Shown: one piece after another, positions 1 to 8,832 of the stretch
Numbering within the stretch: the first letter of the stretch is position 1
Layout: each line of letters opens with the position of its first letter
Origin: Hydrogenophaga sp.
Lineage (GTDB): Bacteria > Pseudomonadota > Gammaproteobacteria > Burkholderiales > Burkholderiaceae_C
DNA: 32,956 nucleotides
Assembly (NCBI RefSeq): GCF_041633695.1
Contig: NZ_JBFJMY010000001.1
Coordinates: forward strand, 1-32,956
Reading direction: 5' to 3'
Position numbers and translations under genes: made by a program
The notes under the pieces: model-generated
The model's input: only the letters and a program-made list of their open reading frames with translations
Database searches by the model: none
Told to the model about the DNA's origin: nothing

Positions 1-557
1 GCGCTGTGCGCCGCCAGATAACCGATCTTGTTGGCGGTACCGGCCTTGGCCGCCACCATCCAGCCCTCGCCCTCGGCGGTGTCGCGCGACTGCAGCTTCA
101 CTTTCCATCCCGAGGCCAGCAGGGTCTGGCCGATCCGGTGGGCAGCGCTTTCGGACGTTTCGTCCAGCTCGGCTGCGGCCCGGTGCGGGAAAGCCTTCAG
201 GCTTTGTTCACGGATGTTTTCCTTGAAAGCCTTGAAGTCGGTGAAAATTTTGGGCGTGTTGCGCGCGATGCACAAACTGGTGCTGGTCACCAGAAACGCC
301 AGGATGAGCAAAAACCACCAGGCGCTGTAGACCGAGAACAGGCTGGCGCGCTCGAACACGTCGGCCCAGAACGGCCCGAACTGGTTGACATAGTTGTTCG
401 CCGGCTCGTGCTGCTTGACCACGGTGCCAATGACCGACGCGATACAAATCACGGTCAGCAGCGAAATGGAGAACCGCATGGAAGACAGCAGCTCGACGGT
501 GGCGCCCACCACGCGGGAGCGGGTGCGGATCTCGATGCCTTGGGTGGATACGCTCAT
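1..557 (-). CDS. resB: Cytochrome c biogenesis protein ResB (system II), N-terminal part; runs off the left edge
   Basis: Not in the ORF track because it has no stop in the window. Manual translation from ATG 557: MSVSTQGIEIRTRSRVVGATVELLSSMRFSISLLTVICIASVIGTVVKQHEP...YSAWWFLLILAFLVTSTSLCIARNTP, the typical ResB N-terminus. Lies downstream of cytochrome c4. Confidence 0.9.
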   Translation of the reverse strand, partial: MSVSTQGIEIRTRSRVVGATVELLSSMRFSISLLTVICIASVIGTVVKQHEPANNYVNQFGPFWADVFERASLFSVYSAWWFLLILAFLVTSTSLCIARNTPKIFTDFKAFKENIREQSLKAFPHRAAAELDETSESAAHRIGQTLLASGWKVKLQSRDTAEGEGWMVAAKAGTANKIGYLAAHS

Positions 558-577
558 GGGGAAGGAAAAAGGACCGT

Positions 578-668
578 CAAACAAAAAGGGCGGGCCTGGT
601 CAAACCAGAACACGCCCTGTTGAGATGCAACGCCTGGCTATCGGTTCAATGCAAAACGCAGTGTTCTG
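578..668 (-). promoter_or_regulatory. Structured 5' leader of resB (attenuator / Moco-riboswitch-like)
   Basis: On the minus strand a CACAAT -10-like hexamer (671-676) precedes a stem AGGGCG(618-613)...CGCCCT(592-587) followed by TTTTGTTT. An alternative pairing CAGAACAC(668-661)/GTGTTCTG(613-606) overlaps that stem. Confidence 0.45.
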
Positions 669-738
669 ACATTGTGACGCCAAACATCACCACTGACTTA
701 TAGACCCGATCAAGTCCGGGGCTTTGCCCGACCGGCGA

Positions 739-1353
739 TCAGCGCAAGCCCGCGATGTAATCGGACACCGCCTTGATTTCCTGGTCGTTCATCTTGGCGG
801 CCACACCGGTCATTTGCACGCTGTTGGCGCGCGCGCCGCTGCGAAACGCGTTGAGCTGGCTGGCGGTGTAATCGGCGTGCTGGCCAGACAGGCGGGGGTA
901 TTGGGCCGGAATACCGGCACCGTTGGGGCTGTGGCAGCCCGCGCAGGCGGCGATCTGGCGATCGGCGATGCCACCGCGGTAAATGCGTTCACCCAGGCGC
1001 ACCAGATCTTTTTCTTGCGCAAAACCGGGTTTGGCCTTCTGATCGGCCAGCCAATAGGCGATGTTGCGCATGTCGTCTTCGGACAGCGCAGCGGCAAAAC
1101 CCTTCATGATGGCGTTGTCGCGCTTGCCCGACTTGAACTCTTGCAATTGCTTGACCAGATATTCCGGATGCTGATTGGCCAGCTTGGGGTTGACGGGTGT
1201 GGTCGAATTGCCGTCGGCAGCATGGCAAGCTACACAGACTTGACCGAATTGGGCCGAACCCTTGGCCAGATCGGGCTTGACCGACTGCGCCTGGGCACTG
1301 AACGACAGGGCCGCAAAAGCAGCGGCGCAAAGGAGTGAAGCAGACAGTTTCAT
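739..1353 (-). CDS. Diheme cytochrome c4 (c553-type)
   Basis: Signal peptide (…SAQA), two CxxCH motifs (CVACH, CAGCH), PKLANQH/PRLSGQH segments; divergent from engB, a conserved arrangement. Confidence 0.95.
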   Translation of the reverse strand: MKLSASLLCAAAFAALSFSAQAQSVKPDLAKGSAQFGQVCVACHAADGNSTTPVNPKLANQHPEYLVKQLQEFKSGKRDNAIMKGFAAALSEDDMRNIAYWLADQKAKPGFAQEKDLVRLGERIYRGGIADRQIAACAGCHSPNGAGIPAQYPRLSGQHADYTASQLNAFRSGARANSVQMTGVAAKMNDQEIKAVSDYIAGLR

Positions 1354-1425
1354 TGCGGGGCGTGTGTCTTGTTCGACGGAGTCGGGTTGAAGAAGGCGGC
1401 GGCTCTACTGGCCTGAAGCCCAACG

Positions 1426-1435
1426 ATTTTACAAT
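1426..1435. promoter_or_regulatory. Overlapping divergent -10 elements (TACAAT on +, TAAAAT on -)
   Basis: ATTTTACAAT at 1426-1435 between cytochrome c4 and engB. Confidence 0.45.
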
Positions 1436-1467
1436 GTCCCACCGGGCTCCCACCGGGAAAACCCCAA

Positions 1468-2274
1468 ATGACCAAACCACAAGCCCCTGCCCCCTCCCTT
1501 CTTCCCTCGTCCTTGAACGCCCCGGCCCCTGTGGCCGCTTCCCTTTCAGACGGCGTGCGCCCGGCGCCCGGCGTCGATATGCCCGAGATCAAAGCCATTC
1601 ACGGCTGGCTGCACACGGCGCGCTTTCTGACCACCGCACCCCAGCTCATCCACCTGCCGGAGCTGGATGTGCCGGAGATCGCTTTCGTGGGCCGCTCCAA
1701 CGCCGGCAAGTCCACCTGCATCAACACGCTGACGCAGCAAAAGCGCCTCGCGTTCGCCTCCAAGACACCGGGCCGCACCCAGAGCATCAACCTGTTCGCC
1801 ATGGGCAAACAGGGCACAACCGATGCGGTGCTGGCCGATTTGCCGGGCTACGGCTACGCCGCCGTGCCGCGCGAGGCCAAGCTGCGCTGGCAACGTGTCA
1901 TGGGCAATTACCTGATGACGCGCAAGAACCTGAAGGCGGTGGTGATGCTGATCGACCCGCGGCTGGGCTTGACCGAGCTCGACGACATCCTGCTCGAAGT
2001 CATACGCCCGCGGGTGGAGGAAGGCCTGCATTTTCTGGTGCTGCTGACCAAGTCGGACAAGCTCAACCGGACCGAGGCCAACAAAGCGCTGTCGATTGCG
2101 CGACTGCAAACCGGCGGCGGTGAGGCCAGACTCTTTTCTGCCTTGAAAAAGCAAGGTCTCGACGAGGTCGCCCAATTGCTCTGGCAATGGACCCACGAGC
2201 CCGCCAAAGCCCAGGCACCGGTCCGCTCCGAAGCGCCGACCCTGGAAGACGAACCACCGGCCCTGGACGAATAA
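1468..2274 (+). CDS. engB: Ribosome biogenesis GTP-binding protein EngB/YihA/YsxC (alternative start 1579)
   Basis: G1 GRSNAGKS, G2 PGRT, G3 DLPGYG, G4 TKSD; Pro/Ala-rich terminal extensions. Confidence 0.95.
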   Translation: MTKPQAPAPSLLPSSLNAPAPVAASLSDGVRPAPGVDMPEIKAIHGWLHTARFLTTAPQLIHLPELDVPEIAFVGRSNAGKSTCINTLTQQKRLAFASKTPGRTQSINLFAMGKQGTTDAVLADLPGYGYAAVPREAKLRWQRVMGNYLMTRKNLKAVVMLIDPRLGLTELDDILLEVIRPRVEEGLHFLVLLTKSDKLNRTEANKALSIARLQTGGGEARLFSALKKQGLDEVAQLLWQWTHEPAKAQAPVRSEAPTLEDEPPALDE

Positions 2275-2324
2275 GAACGCTTCTGCGCTCCCGTTCATCG
2301 GCCCACACAACGACACGTGCGCCG

Positions 2325-3254
2325 ATGAACACCTACCTCCAAGCCCTGCCCCACGGCACCACCCTGAGTTGCCGCAGCGCGGGCGAACCGGGGCGCCCGG
2401 TGCTGCTCTTTCTGCACGGCTTCCCCGAAGCGGCTTTCATCTGGGACGGGCTGCTGACCCACTTTGCGCGGCCCGAAAACGGAGGCTTTCGCTGCGTGGC
2501 ACCGAATCTGCGCGGCTACGAACACTCCAGCAGCCCCACCGAGGTGTCGGCCTACCGGGCCAAACACTTGGTGCAGGACATCACCGCCCTGATCCAGATC
2601 GAAACCCGGGACAGCCCCACGCCGGGCCAGGTCGCGGGCCTGATCGCGCACGATTGGGGTGGTGCCGTGGCCTGGAATCTCGCCGCCCTGCAGCCAGCGC
2701 TGCTGCACAAGCTGGTCATCGTGAACTCGCCACACCCGGGCGCTTTTTGCCAGGCCTTGGCCCACGACCCCGCCCAGCAGGCCGCCAGCGCGTACATGAA
2801 CTTCCTGGCCACGCCCGAAGCCCCCGCGCTGTTGGCTCACAACGATTTCGAACGCCTGTGGCCCTTCTTCACCGGCATGGGCCACGGTGGCACCCACCTG
2901 GCCTGGCTGGACGAGGCCATGCGCGAGCGCTTTCGCGCGGTCTGGCGCCAAGGCTTGCACGGTCCCTGTGCGTATTACGCCGCCTCGCCGCTGCGCCCAC
3001 CCACGGCAGAAAACCCGGGTGCTGCGGCCGTGCAGTTGCCACGCAACATGCTGGAAGTGAACGTGCCCACGCTGGTGGTCTGGGGGATGGACGATACGGC
3101 CTTGCCTCCCAGCCTGCTCGATGGACTGGACGGCTATGTGGCCGACCTGCGCATCGAGCGCGTGCCCGGCGCCACCCACTGGATCGTGCACGAGCAGCCC
3201 GAACGCGTGGCGCAGTTGTTGACACCCTTTTTGCGCGGCGCAGCGCCTGTCTGA
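2325..3254 (+). CDS. Alpha/beta hydrolase, epoxide hydrolase-like
   Basis: HGFPE oxyanion motif, AHDWGG Asp nucleophile, C-terminal THWIVHEQP; start trimmed to ATG 2325 (MNTYLQ). Confidence 0.9.
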   Translation: MNTYLQALPHGTTLSCRSAGEPGRPVLLFLHGFPEAAFIWDGLLTHFARPENGGFRCVAPNLRGYEHSSSPTEVSAYRAKHLVQDITALIQIETRDSPTPGQVAGLIAHDWGGAVAWNLAALQPALLHKLVIVNSPHPGAFCQALAHDPAQQAASAYMNFLATPEAPALLAHNDFERLWPFFTGMGHGGTHLAWLDEAMRERFRAVWRQGLHGPCAYYAASPLRPPTAENPGAAAVQLPRNMLEVNVPTLVVWGMDDTALPPSLLDGLDGYVADLRIERVPGATHWIVHEQPERVAQLLTPFLRGAAPV

Positions 3255-3263
3255 GCGGGCCGC

Positions 3264-4187
3264 TCAGTCGCGGCCGTAAACGCTGGCCTCGCCCGCAGGC
3301 CGGGTCTTGAAGCGCTTGTGCACCCAGTAGTACTGCTCGGGCATTGTGGCGATCATGGTTTCCAGCGCGCGGTTCATGGCGGCGGTGTCGGCCGTGGCGT
3401 CGTCGGACGGAAAACCGGACCAGGGCGAACGGATCTCGACCTCGTAGCCCTGCGGTGTGAGCCGACTCACCACCGCCACCACCCGCGCACGCCCCATGCG
3501 GGCAAAACGCGAGAGCGAGGGCACGGTGGCGGTGTTCACGCCAAAAAACGGCACAAACACCGAATCGCGCGGGCCGTAGTCCATGTCGGGCAACAGGTAC
3601 AGCGGTTCACCCGCGCGCAAAGCCGCCACCAGGGGCTTGAGCCCTTCGCTCTTGGCAACGATGTGAGGGTCACCAAAGCGCTGGCGACCGGCGGACATCC
3701 AATGGTCCACGCCGGCATTGAGCTGGCGCGCGTAAATGCCGCAGAAACGGCGCTGCACATGCACGGTCAGGGCCGTCCAGCCCGCGTCCATGCCGACAAA
3801 GTGCGGGGCAAACAACACCGTGGGTTCGTCGCCGCTCAAAGCGTCCAGGTCCCCCACCAGCTTCAGGCGCTGGCGCACCACCGCCTCGCGCCCTTCCCAT
3901 ATCCAGCTGCGGTCCAGCCAGGCCTGCGCAAACAACACGAAGTGCCGCCGCACCGCGCGCTGGCGCTCGGCCTCGGTCTGCTCAGGAAAGCACAAAGCCC
4001 AGTTGATGCGGGCGATGCGGCGCCGGCGCGCAGCCACCGCGTGCAAGACCCGTCCCATGATCCAACCCAAGCCCCGCACCAGCGGCAAAGGACAGCGCGC
4101 CAGCAAGCGCATCCAGGCCAGGCCCAGGCGGTTGCCCCAGTTGTGGGCCACGAAATGGCGCAAGGCGTGCAAACGGGTTGGGGTCAT
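3264..4187 (-). CDS. lpxL: Lipid A biosynthesis acyltransferase (LpxL/HtrB family)
   Basis: HxxxxD motif PHFVGMD, LLPDMD, FVPFFG, PEQYYWVHKRFK. Start 4187 or 4196. Confidence 0.9.
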   Translation of the reverse strand: MTPTRLHALRHFVAHNWGNRLGLAWMRLLARCPLPLVRGLGWIMGRVLHAVAARRRRIARINWALCFPEQTEAERQRAVRRHFVLFAQAWLDRSWIWEGREAVVRQRLKLVGDLDALSGDEPTVLFAPHFVGMDAGWTALTVHVQRRFCGIYARQLNAGVDHWMSAGRQRFGDPHIVAKSEGLKPLVAALRAGEPLYLLPDMDYGPRDSVFVPFFGVNTATVPSLSRFARMGRARVVAVVSRLTPQGYEVEIRSPWSGFPSDDATADTAAMNRALETMIATMPEQYYWVHKRFKTRPAGEASVYGRD

Positions 4188-4220
4188 GTGGTGCAAAAAA
4201 AGCGGTGGGCAAACGCGCGG

Positions 4221-5081
4221 TCAGGAAGGACGAGGCGCCTGCCCCGGCGGGGTCTTGTAGCGGTCGTAGCCCCAGAGGTACTGCCGCGGGCATTCTCGCA
4301 CCAGCGATTCCATGGCCTGGTTGATCTGCAAAGCCGCCTGCGTCGGATCGGTGGCCAAAGCCCCCTGCGCCAAGCTCAGTGGCCGCACATGCACCAGGTA
4401 ACCACGGCCCCAGCTCAGCCGCTCGCCCCAGACCAACACCACCTGCGCCTGGGCCGCATGGGCCAGACGGGCCGACAAGGTCATGGTGAAGGCGGCTTGG
4501 CCAAAAAAATCGGCCCACACGCCCAAGCCCTTGGGCGGCACCTGATCGGGCAACAAACCCACGGCCTCGCCCGCCTTGAGCGCCTGGATCAGTTTTTTTA
4601 CACCGGCCAAAGTGGTGGGCACCGGCACCAGACCGGGGCGGGAACGCGCCTGCTCGACCAGATCGCGCAACCAAAGCTGGCGTGGCGGGCGAAACAACAC
4701 CTTCATGCCGTGGACCGCCCCGAAGCGCTGGGCATAGGCCTGGGCGGTGACTTCAAAACACCCCAGGTGTGGCGTGAGGCACAACACGCCCGTGCCATGC
4801 GCGTGCGCCGCCTCGATGTGCGCGGCACCCTCCCAGCCCACGCGCACCGGTCGCCCCAGCCACAGCCGCGGCAGCTCCGCCACCATCTTGCCCGCCTCCC
4901 CCACCGATGCCAGCGCCACCCCAGACGAAAATCCGGCGCGCCGGGCATGGGCCAGCAAGCGCCGCCGGTAGCGCCCCGAGAGCAAAAAGCTGAGCCAGCC
5001 CAGCACCCAGCCCGCCGCGTGCAACACCGGCAACGGGAACTTGCTCAAACAGAGAAAAAGGAGGTGGACGAATCGGGCCAA
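4221..5081 (-). CDS. Second LpxL-family lipid A / lysophospholipid acyltransferase
   Basis: PHLGCFE, LLPDQVP, ADFFG, QYLWGYDRYK. Start uncertain (TTG 5081 or 5105). Tandem lpxL pair divergent from metK. Confidence 0.88.
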   Translation of the reverse strand: MARFVHLLFLCLSKFPLPVLHAAGWVLGWLSFLLSGRYRRRLLAHARRAGFSSGVALASVGEAGKMVAELPRLWLGRPVRVGWEGAAHIEAAHAHGTGVLCLTPHLGCFEVTAQAYAQRFGAVHGMKVLFRPPRQLWLRDLVEQARSRPGLVPVPTTLAGVKKLIQALKAGEAVGLLPDQVPPKGLGVWADFFGQAAFTMTLSARLAHAAQAQVVLVWGERLSWGRGYLVHVRPLSLAQGALATDPTQAALQINQAMESLVRECPRQYLWGYDRYKTPPGQAPRPS

Positions 5082-5154
5082 GGCAGGGTCAGGGACTGGC
5101 CCCACCGGGATGGGGGTGAAAACAACAAAAAAACAACGGCCAAAGGGCTTGATT

Positions 5155-5160
5155 TAGAAT
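5155..5160 (+). promoter_or_regulatory. -10 element of the metK promoter (TAGAAT)
   Basis: TAGAAT ends 6 nt before A5167, the first base of the predicted riboswitch P1. Confidence 0.55.
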
Positions 5161-5166
5161 CGCGCC

Positions 5167-5218
5167 ATCGCCGAGTTATTGAACTAATTGCGGGGCGATT
5201 CACAAATTCCGCTAAAGC
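5167..5218 (+). ncRNA. SAM-II-like riboswitch in the metK leader
   Basis: P1 ATCGCC(5167-72)/GGCGAT(5194-99); loop GAGTT…TTGC; then CAAATTC and GCTAAA(5211-16). Order and content match the SAM-II pseudoknot hallmarks, and the element sits upstream of SAM synthetase. Confidence 0.65.
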
Positions 5219-5272
5219 GTTCGCCGAACTGTGACAGACCGGCAACGCCGATCCACCATCACAGGAGTTTAT

Positions 5273-6454
5273 ATGGCGAACGATTTTCTCTTCACTTCCG
5301 AATCCGTCTCTGAAGGCCACCCCGACAAGGTGTCCGACCAGATTTCCGACGCGATCCTCGACGCGATCTTCAAGCAAGACCCGCTCTCGCGCGTGGCCGC
5401 AGAGACCCTGACCAACACCGGTCTGGTCGTGCTCGCCGGTGAAATCACCACCAACGCGCACGTCGACTACATCCAGGTCGCGCGCGACACCATCCAGCGT
5501 ATCGGTTACGACAACTCCGACTACGGCATCGACTACAAGGGCTGCGCGGTGCTGGTGGCCTACGACAAGCAGAGCAACGACATTGCGCAGGGCGTCGATC
5601 ACGCGTCGGACGACCACCTGAACACCGGCGCTGGCGACCAGGGCCTTATGTTCGGCTACGCCTGCGACGAAACGCCCGAGCTGATGCCCGCACCGATTTA
5701 CTACGCTCACCGCCTGGTGGAGCGCCAGGCGCAGCTGCGCAAGGACGGCCGCCTGCCCTTTCTGCGCCCCGATGCCAAGAGCCAGGTGACCATGCGCTAT
5801 GTGGACGGCAAGCCCCACAGCATCGCCACCGTGGTGCTGTCCACCCAGCACCACCCCGATCAGTCGGAGTCCGCACACAAGATGAAGGCCTCGTTCACCG
5901 AAGCCATCATCGAAGAAATCATCAAGCCGGTGCTGCCCAAAGAGTGGCTGCTGGAGACCGAATACCTGATCAACCCGACCGGGCGTTTTGTCGTCGGCGG
6001 CCCCCAGGGCGATTGCGGTCTGACCGGGCGCAAGATCATCGTCGACACCTATGGCGGCGCCTGCCCACACGGCGGCGGTGCGTTCAGCGGCAAAGACCCC
6101 ACAAAAGTGGACCGTTCGGCCGCCTACGCCTGCCGCTACGTGGCCAAGAACATCGTGGCCGCCGGTCTGGCGCGGCAATGCCAGATCCAGGTGGCGTACG
6201 CCATTGGCGTGGCCCGCCCGATGAACGTCACGGTCTACACCGAAGGCACGGGCGTGATCCCGGACGCTGACATCGCGAAATTGATCCTGGCCCACTTCGA
6301 CCTGCGTCCCAAGGGCATCATCCAGATGCTGGACCTGCTGCGCCCGATCTACGAAAAAACCGCCGCCTACGGCCACTTTGGCCGCGAAGAACCCGAATTC
6401 ACCTGGGAAAAGACCGACAAGGCGGCCACATTGCGGGCCGCAGCGGGCCTGTAA
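5273..6454 (+). CDS. metK: S-adenosylmethionine synthetase
   Basis: [28 protein letters not shown]; AGGAG RBS at 5263-5267 before ATG 5273. Confidence 0.99.
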   Translation: MANDFLFTSESVSEGHPDKVSDQISDAILDAIFKQDPLSRVAAETLTNTGLVVLAGEITTNAHVDYIQVARDTIQRIGYDNSDYGIDYKGCAVLVAYDKQSNDIAQGVDHASDDHLNTGAGDQGLMFGYACDETPELMPAPIYYAHRLVERQAQLRKDGRLPFLRPDAKSQVTMRYVDGKPHSIATVVLSTQHHPDQSESAHKMKASFTEAIIEEIIKPVLPKEWLLETEYLINPTGRFVVGGPQGDCGLTGRKIIVDTYGGACPHGGGAFSGKDPTKVDRSAAYACRYVAKNIVAAGLARQCQIQVAYAIGVARPMNVTVYTEGTGVIPDADIAKLILAHFDLRPKGIIQMLDLLRPIYEKTAAYGHFGREEPEFTWEKTDKAATLRAAAGL

Positions 6455-6547
6455 AAACAGGGGCGGCGACCACAGCGTGACATCTGTCACAGCCCAGGCG
6501 GGTTTCGCCGCCTGGGGAAACCCCGGTTAGCGTGCGCAAACTTTCCG

Positions 6548-6584
6548 AAAAAGCCCTCTGGCCGTTGTCAGAGGGCTTTTTTTT
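6548..6584 (+). terminator. Rho-independent terminator after metK (possibly bidirectional)
   Basis: AAAAAGCCCTCTG…CAGAGGGCTTTTTTTT. Confidence 0.85.
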
Positions 6585-6709
6585 CGCTCCACGACCCACG
6601 GTCTTTGCCCAAAGCCCGGCTTCAGCGCTGAATTTTTGCTTGCAACGTCCGATAAGAAGGAGGAACGTCATTTACCGCTGCGCGCAGCCAAGACCTGGAG
6701 CCCTCACCC

Positions 6710-8791
6710 ATGGATACCGCCCTCAGCCCGAATCGGACCGGCCTCATTTCCGACGATCCCGATGCCTCGGTTGCTCAGCGCCTGCAAGCGTTGGAGCAGG
6801 AGTTGCAGCGCGCACAGGCCCTCTACGAACAGTCGCCCAGCGGGCAGTTCACCCTGGACGCCGAACAGCGCTTTTCCCGGGTGAACCAGACGCTGCTGGA
6901 CTGGCTGGGCTACAGCCGGGAGGACATGGTCGGGCAACTCGGGTTCTTGGATTTGATCGAAGTCCAGCAGCGTGAAGCCCACCGGAGCCAGGCGCAATTT
7001 CTCTGCAGCCCGCACCCCGGTGAACCCTGGAAACTGAAAATCCAGCGCAAAGATGGCAGCACATTTCCGGCTTTGCTGAGTTCGACCCCCGTCTGCGATG
7101 CCGAAGGCCAGTTTCTGCACAGCCATGCCACCCTGGTCGACCTCTCCGGGACCGGCCTGTCGGACGAGGGCCGGACATCGCAGGAAAATTTCCTGCTCGC
7201 CATCACCAACCGCATTCCGGCGCGCTTGTCGTATTACGACAAGAATCTGATTTGCCGCTTCACCAACCTGGCCCAGGCGGCCCGGTATGGCAAGCAGCCC
7301 GCCGACTTGGTGGGCTCCCACCTGACCGAAGTCGTGCGCCCGGAATTGATGTCCGAAATCCTCCCTCGCGTGGCCGAAGCGCTGAGCGGAAAACCCCAGC
7401 TCTTTGAAGCCGAACGGGTGAGCGCCGACGGCATCCGCAATTTCTTTGAAATCCACTACATCCCCGATACCCAGCTGGGCTCGGTGGAAGGCATCTTCAT
7501 CGAGGTGCACGACATCAGCGAGCGTCGGCGCACCGAGGAGTTTGTGCTCGAAGCCAACCGCGATCTGGAAGAGCGGGTGCGCGAAAGCACCACCGAGCTG
7601 TTTGAGAGCGAGCAGCGCTACCGGTTGATGGTGGACGCGATCCAGGACTACTGCATTTACTTTGTGAACGAAGAAGGCCTGGTGACCGACTGGACCGAGA
7701 GCGCGCAGCGGCTGCACGGCTACGAGCGCAAGCAGATGCTGGGCAAGCCCTACCAACAACTGATCTCTGCCGACAACGCCGGCGAAGACGACACCGACGC
7801 CGAGCAGGTGATGCGCCTGGCCAAGGCACACGGCCAATGGGAAACACGGGGCTGGCGTCTGCGCGACGACGGCTCCCGTTTCTGGGCCCACACGGTGCTG
7901 ACCGCGCTGCGCAACGAAGCGGGCGATCTCCAGGGATTGTCCAGCATCACCCGCGACATGACGGCGGCCAAATGCCTGGAGGACGTGATGAACGACCTCA
8001 ACAAGGAACTGGAAAAACGCGTCGCCGAACGGACCCAGCAACTGGTGGCCGCGAACAAAGATCTGGATGTGTTCTCGCACATGATCTCGCACGATCTGCG
8101 CGCCCCTCTGCGCCACATATCCAGCTTTGCCACGCTGCTGCAGGAGCAATTGGGCGAAGCCGCCGACAAAGCCAGCAAGCAATACCTGGGCTCGATCTTC
8201 AACTCCAGCAAGCGCATGAGCCACATGCTCGAAGGCCTGCTGGAATATGCCCGCATCGGGCGCGTCGCGCTCGACACCCAGCCCGTGCCACTCAACCCGC
8301 TGCTGGACGGCGTGATCGCCCACCTGAAATCGGAAAACCCCGATCGCAAGATCGAATGGGTGATCGAAGACGATCTGCCGGTGGTGCGCGGCGACGCCAT
8401 GCTGCTGGCCCAGGCCTGGGGCAATGTGTTGAGCAACTCGGTCAAGTACAGCCGACCACGCGAAGTGGCGCACATCCGGGTCGGCTGGAAGGTCAATCCG
8501 GTGGGCGGTCGCACTTTCTATGTACAGGACGACGGCGTCGGCTTCGACCTCGAAAAAGCACACAACCTGTACGTGATGTTCCAGCGCCAACACCACTCCA
8601 TGGACTTCGAAGGGACCGGCACCGGTCTGGCACTGGCCCAGCGCATTTTTGAGCGCCACGGCGGGCGCATCTGGGCCGAGACCAGCCCTGGCGAAGGCTG
8701 CACCTTCTATTTCACACTGCCGTTCGAGGGATTGGAACCCGAGCCCGAACTTGCGTTCGCACAATCGGCCATGGCCGAGCTCACCGACTGA
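6710..8791 (+). CDS. Cytoplasmic multi-PAS sensor histidine kinase
   Basis: Three PAS/PAC units (RKDGSTFP, HDISERR, RDDGSRFW), H-box SHDLRAPL, N-box NVLSNSVKY, G1 DDGVGF, G2 GTGTGL; no evident TM helix or receiver domain. Confidence 0.92.
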   Translation: MDTALSPNRTGLISDDPDASVAQRLQALEQELQRAQALYEQSPSGQFTLDAEQRFSRVNQTLLDWLGYSREDMVGQLGFLDLIEVQQREAHRSQAQFLCSPHPGEPWKLKIQRKDGSTFPALLSSTPVCDAEGQFLHSHATLVDLSGTGLSDEGRTSQENFLLAITNRIPARLSYYDKNLICRFTNLAQAARYGKQPADLVGSHLTEVVRPELMSEILPRVAEALSGKPQLFEAERVSADGIRNFFEIHYIPDTQLGSVEGIFIEVHDISERRRTEEFVLEANRDLEERVRESTTELFESEQRYRLMVDAIQDYCIYFVNEEGLVTDWTESAQRLHGYERKQMLGKPYQQLISADNAGEDDTDAEQVMRLAKAHGQWETRGWRLRDDGSRFWAHTVLTALRNEAGDLQGLSSITRDMTAAKCLEDVMNDLNKELEKRVAERTQQLVAANKDLDVFSHMISHDLRAPLRHISSFATLLQEQLGEAADKASKQYLGSIFNSSKRMSHMLEGLLEYARIGRVALDTQPVPLNPLLDGVIAHLKSENPDRKIEWVIEDDLPVVRGDAMLLAQAWGNVLSNSVKYSRPREVAHIRVGWKVNPVGGRTFYVQDDGVGFDLEKAHNLYVMFQRQHHSMDFEGTGTGLALAQRIFERHGGRIWAETSPGEGCTFYFTLPFEGLEPEPELAFAQSAMAELTD

Positions 8792-8832
8792 GCCCCTGCG
8801 GGGCCTGCGCGTCCCCGGTCGATAATCGCGGC

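Noticed and set aside
700-713. FNR-like half site ATCAA upstream of resB
   Set aside because: The other half (ATAGA) does not match TTGAT.
5115-5127. 13-mer GGTGAAAACAACA repeated at 5115 and 26111
   Set aside because: A single 13-bp match in 33 kb can arise by chance, and there is no flanking similarity or palindromy.
3318-5234. Long antisense or alternate-frame ORFs (e.g. 3318-5234 +, 5045-6490 -, 6704-8851 -, 11629-13287 -, 24122-25669 +, 26835-29195 +)
   Set aside because: They overlap well-supported genes, have no recognisable motifs, and are expected shadow ORFs in high-GC DNA.
6657-6672. Perfect AAGGAGG upstream of the first kinase
   Set aside because: No ATG/GTG/TTG at usable spacing. 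The following ATT is out of frame with the kinase and opens an implausible ORF.
7234-7275. NLICRFTN in the second PAS domain of the soluble kinase as a possible LOV motif
   Set aside because: It is not GxNCRFLQ and lies in the N-terminal beta-strands of the PAS fold, not at the LOV cysteine position.
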